Shown here: piece by piece, positions 51,759-60,761 of the stretch
Position numbering within the stretch: the stretch's first letter is position 1
Layout: the number at the start of each line of letters is the position of its first letter
DNA from: Chloroflexota bacterium
Lineage (GTDB): Bacteria; Chloroflexota; Dehalococcoidia; GIF9; AB-539-J10
Length of the DNA stretch: 64,000 nt
Assembly (NCBI GenBank): GCA_036834125.1
Contig: DAITOK010000005.1
Span: 6,331-70,330 of the forward strand
Reading direction: 5' to 3'
Made by a program: the position numbers and the translations under genes
The notes under the pieces: model-generated
What the model saw: the letters and a program-made list of their open reading frames with translations, nothing else
What the model was told of the DNA's origin: nothing
The model's database searches: none

Positions 51759-53114
51759 TTATCCTTCGCCGCATTCAAGTTTATAGTCGCAGTAGGAGCA
51801 CATCCAGGAAGGGCATTTGGGAAGCTGGGAAGCCGCTTCGGCTTTTGCCAGAAGGTCAAGCCTGCGCAGGGCTTCGTCCTTAATGTCGCCGAGTTTTCTG
51901 AAGATCACATCGTAGACCATCAGCTTGGCATCTTCCCTGGGGACATTGACATAATATACAACGAGTCTGCCCTGATTGTGATTGGTCAGAGCACAATCAA
52001 ACGCCAGTCGCAGGAAATAATGAGGGAAGGCTCTGGGCAAGCGTTCTCTCTCGACAAGCGAGGAGAACTTGGGGTTGCGCAGGATGGTGGGCGAATTCTG
52101 CCAGACCTGCACCAAATCGGACAGTGGCAAATGCCGCACAGGAATCCTCTGCACACCACCAGGGGCATCATAATGCAACGAATCGTGGAGGGCGTCCTGG
52201 AAACCTCGCTCCTCCAGAGAACGGAGATACTCCTGTTTTTCTTCGCGGATTTCATCCGCGGGACCCGTTCTTCCCAGCTCCAGTCGCTCAAAATAGGCTT
52301 TGCGGGGGAAGACGATATCATTGATGCCAAATAGTGGAGAGGGCTGAGCCTCAGCTATCTTGCCGAGCAGTTGCTGGCAGGTCTTGCTATCAAGGTAAAT
52401 CTCCCCGGCCAGATCGGCTATTTCATGTAAAGCTGGCACCGTTGTGGTGGCGCAGTCGCATACTTGTGAGTAATCACACTGCCTGCCAAACCAGGGGCAA
52501 GCTGGCAGATTGCTCGGGTCGTTGGCGACTAGCGCCTGTACCAGGAGGTCTCGCCTCCGCCGCATTTCTTTACGGATTGCTTCTAAATCGGGAAAGCTAA
52601 TATGGTAGACAACCAGTGGTGGAGTGGAAGAGAGTTGCTCAGAAGCGCGCTGATAGATGATGATTTCCCCCTCGTGGCAATTGACCATGGCACAATACAT
52701 ACCCAGTTGCTCAACATAAACTGGTCGGTACTGAAGCAGGTCCTTATCACCCAGGGGTGTCGAGGTGGTCTTAACCTCTACCGGGATCTTCTCATAAATA
52801 TCAATTTTGCCTACGATGCCCTCGACTTCCACAAACTGCTCCAGGTATTCCTCGCTGGATACTGCCGAGCCGAATGTCTTGTGAAAGCCTTCGCCCGCCC
52901 ACATGAGCTGCCGTTTCTCTAGAGGTGGCGTGATTTCAGGATACTTCCTCTTGAAGTAAGCCTGCTTGAGATTGAGCAAGTCAGTTACTGAGATGCGGTA
53001 AGGCGGTCGGCGCGTTTTCAGGCTGTGCATCAAGGCGTCTTTCACTGAGCGGTTAGCTTCGATTCGGGAAACATAAGCTGAGATGTCAAACTCTGCCATG
53101 GGTGTCTGTCTCAT
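51759..53114 (-). CDS. Tandem Cas4/RecB-family PD-(D/E)xK nuclease with Fe-S Cys clusters
   Basis: N-half: Cas4-like N-terminus ISVTDLLNLKQAYFKRKY; GKIDIYEKIPVEVKTT (D...ExK); YVEQLGMY (QxxxY); CPWFGRQCDYSQVCDC. C-half: degenerate core plus CPSWMCSYCDYKLEC. ATG 53114 overlaps the TGA of the upstream DUF763 gene (ATGA). Confidence 0.6.
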   Translation of the reverse strand: MRQTPMAEFDISAYVSRIEANRSVKDALMHSLKTRRPPYRISVTDLLNLKQAYFKRKYPEITPPLEKRQLMWAGEGFHKTFGSAVSSEEYLEQFVEVEGIVGKIDIYEKIPVEVKTTSTPLGDKDLLQYRPVYVEQLGMYCAMVNCHEGEIIIYQRASEQLSSTPPLVVYHISFPDLEAIRKEMRRRRDLLVQALVANDPSNLPACPWFGRQCDYSQVCDCATTTVPALHEIADLAGEIYLDSKTCQQLLGKIAEAQPSPLFGINDIVFPRKAYFERLELGRTGPADEIREEKQEYLRSLEERGFQDALHDSLHYDAPGGVQRIPVRHLPLSDLVQVWQNSPTILRNPKFSSLVERERLPRAFPHYFLRLAFDCALTNHNQGRLVVYYVNVPREDAKLMVYDVIFRKLGDIKDEALRRLDLLAKAEAASQLPKCPSWMCSYCDYKLECGEG

Positions 53115-54196
53115 TGCCACGCCCTCAATCGTCTGAAGGCTTCGAGCTTTTCCTTATCGCCAATTTTGGTTTTCTCCAGTGCCTGCGCCAGGAACTGGAT
53201 GCTGCTGTCGTAGGTCTTCCTGTCCACAGGGTAGGGATACCCATCCTTGCCGCCGTGGGCAAAGCTGTAGCTCGCAGGGTCACGAAGGCTGACCGGTGTG
53301 TCATAAATGAGTTCAGAAATGAGGCTCAGGGCTCGCAAGGTTTTTGGTCCTACACCCTCCAGGGCGAGCAAAGATTCAAAGTTCTCAGGCTTGCGCTCGT
53401 AGGTGGTGACGAAAATCTTGCTCAGCCTGTCGGGATGAATATCTTCCAGGCTGATATGAGCCCGCCGGGGCAAGTTTAGGGTCTTGAGCTTACTTAACTC
53501 GTTGACGATTTTCTCGGGCTTCTCCTCGCTGGCAATACGGGTGATGACATCCCTGGCTTGGGCGCTCTCCGAAGCTACCAGATTCAATGCCTCACCTCTA
53601 GCCTGTGTGCAGATAGCTGCCTCTGGCTCGCAGACGAAGTCCGTGACACTCTCTCCCAGCCAGTGGTAGCGCCGGGCATAGCGGTTGCTCTCGTTCATAC
53701 CCTGCTGGACCACTGCCCAGTAGCCATCTTTAGTGAAGAAGAAGCTGTGGTGATAGAGCTGGTAGCCATCCTGAAGGGCGGAATTATCCACCTTGGCGGA
53801 CATCCGACTAGCATAGACTAGCGATGAAGGATTTATCTTGAGCAAGTGCCCGGCATTCTCTATCTCCTGAGGCGTTTTTCGAGAGGTTTTGCCTTTGCCA
53901 CCCGCCACAAACAAGCCCAGCTCCTTTTCCAGCCCTCGGAGTCCCTCTTTCAGTGCTCCACAGACGGTGGTGGTCACGCCGCTCGAATGCCAGTCATAGC
54001 CTAAAACGCAACCGAAAGCCTGAAACCAGTAGGGGTCGGATAGCCGCCTCAGCATCTCCTGGACGCCAAATTCCATCATGGTGGCGATGGCGATCTCCCG
54101 GGCAAGCTGGCACATCCGCCCGAATAGCCACGGTGGCACCTTGCCATAATGCAGAGGCAGATTAGCAACCCCCGTCCTCTGTCCTGAGCTAGCCAT
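53111..54196 (-). CDS. DUF763-like protein with helix-hairpin-helix motif
   Basis: LLALEGVGPKTLRALSLISELIY (HhH), plus HGGKDGYPYPVDRKTYD, which I recall as DUF763-type. First ATG at 54196; the track TTG start is at 54274. Confidence 0.5.
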   Translation of the reverse strand: MASSGQRTGVANLPLHYGKVPPWLFGRMCQLAREIAIATMMEFGVQEMLRRLSDPYWFQAFGCVLGYDWHSSGVTTTVCGALKEGLRGLEKELGLFVAGGKGKTSRKTPQEIENAGHLLKINPSSLVYASRMSAKVDNSALQDGYQLYHHSFFFTKDGYWAVVQQGMNESNRYARRYHWLGESVTDFVCEPEAAICTQARGEALNLVASESAQARDVITRIASEEKPEKIVNELSKLKTLNLPRRAHISLEDIHPDRLSKIFVTTYERKPENFESLLALEGVGPKTLRALSLISELIYDTPVSLRDPASYSFAHGGKDGYPYPVDRKTYDSSIQFLAQALEKTKIGDKEKLEAFRRLRAWQ

Positions 54197-54297
54197 CTTG
54201 TATCTCGGTGTATTATACACCAGCGTTTGCCCTAATAAGCATGGCAGTTTTGACAGTAGCTGCCTAAAACCCAAATTTCGTGTATACTAGAACTAAA

Positions 54298-55965
54298 ATG
54301 TCATCAGGTAGTGGAATCTCTGGACAAGACCTGCGCGTGAGTAGTGTAACCGAATTCATTAGGCGGAAGGAAGCGGTTTGTTGCCCGATATGCCGTGCAC
54401 TTATTAGGAACAACTTGGGTCAGCATATTCGTGATACTCACGGAGAAGAAGACTATAGACAAGCCATACTGAGAGCGAAAGAGTGTGGAGTGTCTGACTC
54501 GGAGATTGGTTCACTGTTCGGAGTCGCCTTCAAGCAACTGGAGAAGATCATTACCGACGCATACGGTGTTAACGTCTCGGCTCTCGAGAAACCTAAGGCC
54601 GTGAAGTTCTGGACCCCCGAGAACTTTGTAGAGGAGACCACAAGTGTATGGAGTTTTAAACAGAGGGGAAATTGGGCTACTCATAGTGGGAGATATAGAG
54701 GGAACTGGTCACCGTATATCCCGCGCAACGTGATACTGAAATATTCGCGGCCCGGCGATGTTGTGCTGGACTACTTTGTTGGGGGAGGGACGACAGCGGT
54801 TGAGGCAAAGTTACTGGGTCGGCAATGCATAGCGAGTGATATTAATCCCGCGTGCATTCGCCTGACTCTGGAAAACCTAGATTTCCAGCCGCCAAACGTT
54901 TTGTTCAGAGAGTTTCCCATCTATGAGCCGAAAGTCTTTGTGGCGGATGCACGGAATTTATCTCACATATCTGATAACAGCATTGACCTAATTTGTGCGC
55001 ACCCGCCGTATGCCAGCATAATAAATTATAGCTCCGGGGTTGAAGGCGATTTGTCGAACCTAAGAGTAGACGACTTCCTGAAAGAGATGAAAAAGGTAGC
55101 AAAAGAGAGCTATAGAGTTCTTAAACCTGGAGGAAAGTGTGCAATACTCATCGGGGATACGAGGCAGCGAAAGCACGTTGTTCCCATAGGCTTTCAGACG
55201 ATCAACGTCTTTCTGGAATCAAGATTCAAATTAAAGGAATTGGTAATTAAACGGCAGCATAATTGTAAGACCACCGGGTTTTGGTATGCCAAGAGCATAA
55301 GAAATAACTTCCTCCTTCTCGCTCACGAGTATCTACCGATTTTTGAAAAGCCGAGGCCTTCGCAGCCGCCGTTGCTGGCAAGGGAGGAAATGCTCCGTTA
55401 CGGTGAAGTTTCATCGGAATTAAAGAAACTTTCCCTCAAGAGGAAACTCCCGGAGTTGGAGACCACGACGGTATGGCTTTTGCCCGACGACGACTTTGAA
55501 AAACGCCTAAACAAGAATGTAGTTGACAGGTATTCAGGTGGGCGCGGGTACTTGACTGTGGATTTTGTTTCTCACTCCCGGAGCGAAGGACGTTTCCATG
55601 AACGACAGGGACAAAAGAGCAGAGGCTTACTATTTATTAAATCATCATTCTTGGCTGATAGTCCTTCGCGTCTAGATGTTGAATCCTACCTAGAGAAAAT
55701 ACAAACAGTCATAAAGCAGGAATTGTCTGGAATAAACAAAGGCGGTTTTCTTGTAATCCAAGCGCAGGATGTAAGGTTAAACGGATATATAGAGCCCGTT
55801 GCCAAGAAGATAGTCGATTCAATTGCTTTTGATGACTTGTGGTTAAAGGAGATCGTAGTTGTAACCCAAGGTCAGAAACAACGGGATTCTACGAAAGACA
55901 TGCCGTCAACCGAAGGCTTGAGCATAACACATCAGTATCTCGTTATTTATGAAAAAGTGTTGTAG
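54298..55965 (+). CDS. Atypical SAM-dependent amino-methyltransferase (PF01555-like blocks in gamma-type order) with N-terminal zinc finger and 230-aa C-terminal extension
   Basis: Zinc finger CCPICRALIRNNLGQHIRDTHG. Motif X/I block HSGRYRGNWSPYIPRNVILKYSRPGDVVLDYFVGGGTTAVEAKLLGRQCIASDINP. Motif IV is DLICAHPPY, not D/N/S-PPY. Then RVLKPGGKCAILIGD. ATG at 54298; the track GTG start is at 54280. Confidence 0.65.
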   Translation: MSSGSGISGQDLRVSSVTEFIRRKEAVCCPICRALIRNNLGQHIRDTHGEEDYRQAILRAKECGVSDSEIGSLFGVAFKQLEKIITDAYGVNVSALEKPKAVKFWTPENFVEETTSVWSFKQRGNWATHSGRYRGNWSPYIPRNVILKYSRPGDVVLDYFVGGGTTAVEAKLLGRQCIASDINPACIRLTLENLDFQPPNVLFREFPIYEPKVFVADARNLSHISDNSIDLICAHPPYASIINYSSGVEGDLSNLRVDDFLKEMKKVAKESYRVLKPGGKCAILIGDTRQRKHVVPIGFQTINVFLESRFKLKELVIKRQHNCKTTGFWYAKSIRNNFLLLAHEYLPIFEKPRPSQPPLLAREEMLRYGEVSSELKKLSLKRKLPELETTTVWLLPDDDFEKRLNKNVVDRYSGGRGYLTVDFVSHSRSEGRFHERQGQKSRGLLFIKSSFLADSPSRLDVESYLEKIQTVIKQELSGINKGGFLVIQAQDVRLNGYIEPVAKKIVDSIAFDDLWLKEIVVVTQGQKQRDSTKDMPSTEGLSITHQYLVIYEKVL

Positions 55966-56037
55966 GAGAACAGGAGGTACGAAACTGACGATGCATAGAG
56001 CGCAAGCAAGAGAAAGCAAAGAGGGGTGGTATATAAG

Positions 56038-56175
56038 ATGCCCATATGTAAAGCACGACTGTGCCTGGATGAATGTCCCGTTCCAGGCGGAATGGGCAAT
56101 AACATAGAAACGTGCTGTGAATGTGGTGCGGATATACAGGTTCAACCAATTCGCAGTGACCGAGGAATGAAATAA
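56038..56175 (+). CDS. 45-aa Cys-rich micro-protein (6 Cys), coupled to the downstream gene
   Basis: MPICKARLCLDECPVPGGMGNNIETCCECGADIQVQPIRSDRGMK. Its TAA overlaps the next ATG (TAATG). Not in the ORF track because it is under 60 aa. Confidence 0.4.
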   Translation: MPICKARLCLDECPVPGGMGNNIETCCECGADIQVQPIRSDRGMK

Positions 56176-56744
56176 TGTTTGAAATAGGAGATAAATGGCG
56201 GGGGAAGGTGATCTTTGACCGGGTAACCTTATCGAATGGATGGGTGATACTGAAAACGGAAAACCACAAAAGTGCAAGGGACTTCAAAGTCCGAACCGTA
56301 ACATCGCTGCAACCGGTGCACTCGTACACACCGAAGCATGCCCACTTTGCGATCGATTTCTATGGTAAGGTGTGTTTCAACGAGGCAAAAGCACTGAGTG
56401 TTCTGGAAGCCATTGTTGATGTTTGGCATAATGCAAAGGTAGAGCAAGTGTTAAGGACATATGAAAGTTCAACGCAAGGACCGCCAGGCTACAGTTTGGA
56501 GTACATCCTGTACGCACTAAACTGGATACTTGAGCAAGAGGATATTAATTTCAAGGGGCGTCCCGGCGGGAAGCAGCGGGAGTTAGACGAGAGATGCAGG
56601 AAGCAGAATATTGTTGTTCCGCCAGAAAGGTTGGGCAGCCAACTGGCCATTTCGCTGTTCTGTGATATAGCGAGTGGAACACACCCAGTGCAAGCTCTCC
56701 TGAATGCGAACCTAGACGTGCTACCGCGCCGCCGAACGCGGTAG
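56175..56744 (+). CDS. Hypothetical 189-aa protein
   Basis: ATG start; no domain recognised (MFEIGDKWRGKVIFDRVTLSNGWVILKTENHKSARDFKVRTV...). Confidence 0.5.
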   Translation: MFEIGDKWRGKVIFDRVTLSNGWVILKTENHKSARDFKVRTVTSLQPVHSYTPKHAHFAIDFYGKVCFNEAKALSVLEAIVDVWHNAKVEQVLRTYESSTQGPPGYSLEYILYALNWILEQEDINFKGRPGGKQRELDERCRKQNIVVPPERLGSQLAISLFCDIASGTHPVQALLNANLDVLPRRRTR

Positions 56745-56797
56745 TCTCCTCCTCTGCGTGTACACTCAGTCTTTGGTTGCTTCAGTACGGGTCGTAA

Positions 56798-57514
56798 ATG
56801 AAAGCGGTAGAAGTTAAGGAGCTGGTCAAGGATTACGGGCGCTTCAGGGCGATAAAGGGGATTTCGTTTGAGGTGAATGGGGGGGAGGTGTTTGGGCTCA
56901 TTGGTCCTAACGGGGCGGGGAAGACGACGGTGTTGAGGACTGTGGCTACGCTGCTTCAGATAACATCCGGTTCGATAACCGTCTTTGGCTATGAGCTGCC
57001 TAAGGATGCCGGCGAGGTGAGGAAGATAATAAGTTATCTGCCGGAGGAAGCAGGCGCCTACAAGAATCTCACGGGCATTGAGTATCTGAATTTTATGGCT
57101 AAATTCTTTGGCGAGGGAGAGAAATTCCAGAGTATGGTGAAAAGAGGGGTGGAAATAGCAAATCTCGGCGAGCGCATAAACGACAAAGTTGATACGTATA
57201 GTAAAGGGATGATACGGCGTTTACTGGTGGGTAGAGCTTTGATGACAAACCCCAAGCTGGCGATATTGGATGAGCCGACCTCGGGACTGGACGTGGTGAA
57301 TGCTCAGGAAGTAAGGAGGATAATAAGCAGGTCAGTCGAAGCTGGAGTAACCGTGTTGCTATCTTCCCATAATATGCTGGAGGTGGAGCTTTTGTGTCAG
57401 CGTATAGCCTTGATTAACGATGGAAAGATAGTCGTCGGCGGGACGGTTGAGGAGCTCAAGCAAAAGTATGAGGCTCGAAACATAGAAGAGGTTTTCGTCA
57501 AATCCGTAAGATGA
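56798..57514 (+). CDS. ABC transporter ATP-binding protein (ABC-2 type)
   Basis: Walker A GPNGAGKTT, signature-like YSKGMIRRL, Walker B ILDEPTSGLD, and an H-loop. Confidence 0.9.
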   Translation: MKAVEVKELVKDYGRFRAIKGISFEVNGGEVFGLIGPNGAGKTTVLRTVATLLQITSGSITVFGYELPKDAGEVRKIISYLPEEAGAYKNLTGIEYLNFMAKFFGEGEKFQSMVKRGVEIANLGERINDKVDTYSKGMIRRLLVGRALMTNPKLAILDEPTSGLDVVNAQEVRRIISRSVEAGVTVLLSSHNMLEVELLCQRIALINDGKIVVGGTVEELKQKYEARNIEEVFVKSVR

Positions 57515-58803
57515 TTGGCAATATAGTAAAGAAGGAATTCAAGGAGTTATTCACTATAGCAACCCTGGTCCCGATAATAGTTATCGCCTTCGTATTTGGA
57601 TATGTGGGGCAGACGATTGGCAATGTCGGGGAAGCTGTAAAGGGGAAACCAGTCATAGGGGTTGTAGATTTGGATGGCGGTGAATTCTCAGAAGTTGCTA
57701 TGAGCACTATTACACAGGCGGCGAAGATTATCTATGATGGGAATGATGCCAAAGAGGGCTTGGATGAAGTGAGGGAGAAGAATGGTGTTGCGCTTCTGGT
57801 GGTACGGGAAGATTTCAGTCAGAAGATTGAGGCTGGTCAGCCAGGGGAAATAGAAGTTTACTGGGTAATGAGAGGGGCAGGGATGATGGATTCCATCTCG
57901 TCAGCGGCATTGGAGATGCTTCTCGCCGGCGTGAATCTGGCGATATCCCGTACATTAATAGAGCAGGGTGGTTCAGCTGACCCGATTCTGGTCTTGAATC
58001 CGACGACAAGAGTCGAAACCACATTCTTCAAAGGAAAGGCGATTGAGGGGCTTTCGCCAAGTGCAGTGGCAAATATGCTTATGTCGCAATCTATCGTCAT
58101 TCCCATTGTGGTGATGATGCTCATAATCCTGTCCGGGACTTCCGTGATTTCTTCTATGGGACTGGAGAAAGAAAACAAAACACTGGAGACTCTACTAACC
58201 TTGCCGGTAAGGCGTAGAGATATAGTCATTGGCAAGATAGTGGGTAGCGCTTTGGTGGGAATGATACTGGCGGCTATATATATGGTTGGGTTCTCACGCT
58301 ATATGAGGTCGTTCCAAGCATCCGATATAAATCTGGCGGATTTCGGGTTGAATTTGGACGCAGCGGATTATTTGCTGGTCGGGATTTCCTTATTCGTAGC
58401 TCTTTTAGCCGGGCTTTCGCTGTGTATAGTCCTGGGAACATTTGCTAAGAATTACCGAAGCGCGCAGACAATGGTTTTTCCGATAACCCTTTTGGCTCTG
58501 ATCTCCACGTTTGCCACCATGTTTAAAGATTTCGACACTGTTCCAGTGGCATTAAGGGTGCTGGTATTTGCCATACCATTTTCCCATCCTATGATGGCTA
58601 TGCGGGCTCTGATGCTGGATAATTACGCGCTGGTAATCGGCGGCGTTGCCTACACCGCCATTTTTACGATGGTGATGGTGGTGCTGGCGGTGCGCATCTT
58701 TAGTTCGGACAGGTTGCTGACGGGGACTGTGCGGAGAATGGTGGCTGTGGGGAAGCTGGTGTGGGGCTCCGGCGGTGGTAAATCAAACGGCAGACCTTGT
58801 TGA
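57511..58803 (+). CDS. ABC-2 family transporter permease (N-terminal TM, large external loop, 5 C-terminal TM)
   Basis: Hydrophobicity pattern; ATG overlaps the ATPase stop (ATGA). Confidence 0.75.
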   Translation: MIGNIVKKEFKELFTIATLVPIIVIAFVFGYVGQTIGNVGEAVKGKPVIGVVDLDGGEFSEVAMSTITQAAKIIYDGNDAKEGLDEVREKNGVALLVVREDFSQKIEAGQPGEIEVYWVMRGAGMMDSISSAALEMLLAGVNLAISRTLIEQGGSADPILVLNPTTRVETTFFKGKAIEGLSPSAVANMLMSQSIVIPIVVMMLIILSGTSVISSMGLEKENKTLETLLTLPVRRRDIVIGKIVGSALVGMILAAIYMVGFSRYMRSFQASDINLADFGLNLDAADYLLVGISLFVALLAGLSLCIVLGTFAKNYRSAQTMVFPITLLALISTFATMFKDFDTVPVALRVLVFAIPFSHPMMAMRALMLDNYALVIGGVAYTAIFTMVMVVLAVRIFSSDRLLTGTVRRMVAVGKLVWGSGGGKSNGRPC

Positions 58804-58831
58804 CCGCTAAGAGCGTTTGGGTTAGTTCTGC

Positions 58832-59866
58832 ATGATAACCATAGATGGCGGGGCGAAGTCGGGGAGTGGAACCATAGTCCGCTATTCGGTGGCGCTGGCG
58901 AGCCTGCTGGGCAAGGCAATAAGGATTGAGAATATCAGGGCAAAAAGGGATAATCCGGGCTTAAGGGCTCAGCATCTCAAGGTTGTACAGGCTTGTCAAG
59001 AGCTATGCCGGGCAGCGGTGGAAAATGCTGTGGTGGGTTCTAAAGAAATCACCTACACACCCAGGGAAAGATTCAGAGGTGGGGAGTATAGCTGGGACAT
59101 AGGGACGGCAGGCTCAACAACCATGATGGCTCAGACGCTTCTGCCACTGGCGTGCTTTGCGCAAAAGCCTTCTAAGTTCAGACTGGAAGGCGGGCTGTTT
59201 CAGGATTTTGCACCATCGGCTTACCATATGAAATTCGTCCTATTGCCTTTGTTAAGGCGAATGGGTGTTCAGGCAGAAGTTGACATAATTCGTCCTGGCT
59301 ATGTGCCCAGAGGCGGAGGCATCATAGAGCTCAGAGTCGAGCCCGCGAGCAAATTGCGGCCGTTGAATCTCACCGAACAAGGAGAGTTCTTGAGCATCAA
59401 AGGCATAGCCCTTGCCTCGCATTTGAAAGAGAAGAGGGTGAGTCAGAGGATGTCTGCGGAGTGCCGCAAAGTATTGGGCTCGCACGGCTATAAGGCACAA
59501 ATTCAGGAAATTGAGGATGAAACTTCTCTCCAAGAAGGTGCCGCACTGGCAATATATGCTGAGACAGACACTGGCGGTTGCATAGGCTCAGATAGAGCTG
59601 GTAGGCCGGGCAGAAGCTCGGAATCCATAGGTAGATATGTGGCGGAGAGGTTTGTAGAGGATGTCGAGACTGGGGCAGCAGTGGATCGCTATGTCGCTGA
59701 CCAGCTTGTGCTTTATGCCGCCTTGGCTGACGGGGTAACCAGGTATTCAATCCCATGCATTACCGAGCATGTGGAAACAAACCTTTGGCTGGTCGAGGAA
59801 CTTCTCGGCGCTAAGGCAAAGATTGAAGGCGATATTGTGGAGATACATGGTATTGGGTTTACTTGA
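58832..59866 (+). CDS. rtcA: RNA 3'-terminal phosphate cyclase
   Basis: MITIDGGAKSGSGTIVRYSVALASLLGKAIRIENIRAKRDNPGLRAQHLK matches the RtcA N-terminus; RtcA-like length. Confidence 0.85.
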   Translation: MITIDGGAKSGSGTIVRYSVALASLLGKAIRIENIRAKRDNPGLRAQHLKVVQACQELCRAAVENAVVGSKEITYTPRERFRGGEYSWDIGTAGSTTMMAQTLLPLACFAQKPSKFRLEGGLFQDFAPSAYHMKFVLLPLLRRMGVQAEVDIIRPGYVPRGGGIIELRVEPASKLRPLNLTEQGEFLSIKGIALASHLKEKRVSQRMSAECRKVLGSHGYKAQIQEIEDETSLQEGAALAIYAETDTGGCIGSDRAGRPGRSSESIGRYVAERFVEDVETGAAVDRYVADQLVLYAALADGVTRYSIPCITEHVETNLWLVEELLGAKAKIEGDIVEIHGIGFT

Positions 59867-59936
59867 ATTGAAGGTGACAAGAGATTTGGCAGGGAGACTG
59901 GATTTTGCCAAAATAGTGTGATTTTTGTGTAGGTAA

Positions 59937-60761
59937 ATGCAGGATTTAATCAAACAGGCAGCCAGGGATTTGGCAGAAAGCAAGTATGCTATCGCTCTGA
60001 CCGGGGCGGGAATATCCACAGAATCTGGCATACCTGATTTCCGGGGACCCAAGGGCATCTGGACTACAAATAAAGAAGCTGAGGCTAAGGCGTATCAAAG
60101 ATATTCGTTGTTCCTGAACAACCCCAAAGCATACTGGGAGGAACTGGTGGAATTGCACGGGGTGTACGGGGCATTTCGGGAGCATATCATGCAAGCGAAG
60201 CCCAATCCAGGTCACCATGCCCTGGCTGACCTTGAGGCTCTTGGGCTACTGAAGTGCGTAATTACGCAGAATATTGATGGCTTACATAAGAAGGCAGGAA
60301 ACAGGAGGGTCTTAGAATACCATGGAAGCGTCTACGCTGTGAGGTGCATTTCCTGTGGCTCAAGGTTTGCCTGGCAGGAGGTTTCACTGGATGAGCTTCC
60401 GCCTCGTTGCAAGTGCGGTTCTCTCTTGAAAGATGATGTGGTTCACTTTACAGAGCCAATACCCACAGATGTGATGCAAGAATCAGAACAAGAAGCCTTG
60501 AAATGTGACCTGATGCTGATTTGTGGCACGTCAGCGGTAGTTTATCCTTTTGCTAATCTGCCGAGAATGGCAAGATATCGCACCAGCAGATTAATAGCGG
60601 GTTTGGAGATAGTAGGATACAGATCGAAAGTCAAGATAATAGAGGTGAATGCTGACCCGACGCCGCTGACACAAGAAGGAGTCTCGGATTATCTAATTCA
60701 AGGCAAGACAGGCGAGATATTGCCCAGGATAGTTGAGGAAGTGAAAAAACACCTGGGTTAG
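59937..60761 (+). CDS. cobB: NAD-dependent protein deacylase, Sir2 family
   Basis: GAGISTESGIPDFRG, QNIDGLH, and a Zn-binding CxxC...CxC. Confidence 0.9.
   Translation: MQDLIKQAARDLAESKYAIALTGAGISTESGIPDFRGPKGIWTTNKEAEAKAYQRYSLFLNNPKAYWEELVELHGVYGAFREHIMQAKPNPGHHALADLEALGLLKCVITQNIDGLHKKAGNRRVLEYHGSVYAVRCISCGSRFAWQEVSLDELPPRCKCGSLLKDDVVHFTEPIPTDVMQESEQEALKCDLMLICGTSAVVYPFANLPRMARYRTSRLIAGLEIVGYRSKVKIIEVNADPTPLTQEGVSDYLIQGKTGEILPRIVEEVKKHLG

Noticed and set aside
55991-56104. Alternative 37-aa ORF (MHRAQARESKEGWYIRCPYVKHDCAWMNVPFQAEWAIT) overlapping the 45-aa micro-ORF in another frame
   Set aside because: It is less likely than the frame that ends in a TAATG coupling with the downstream gene and has a Cys-pair architecture. 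The two cannot both be real.
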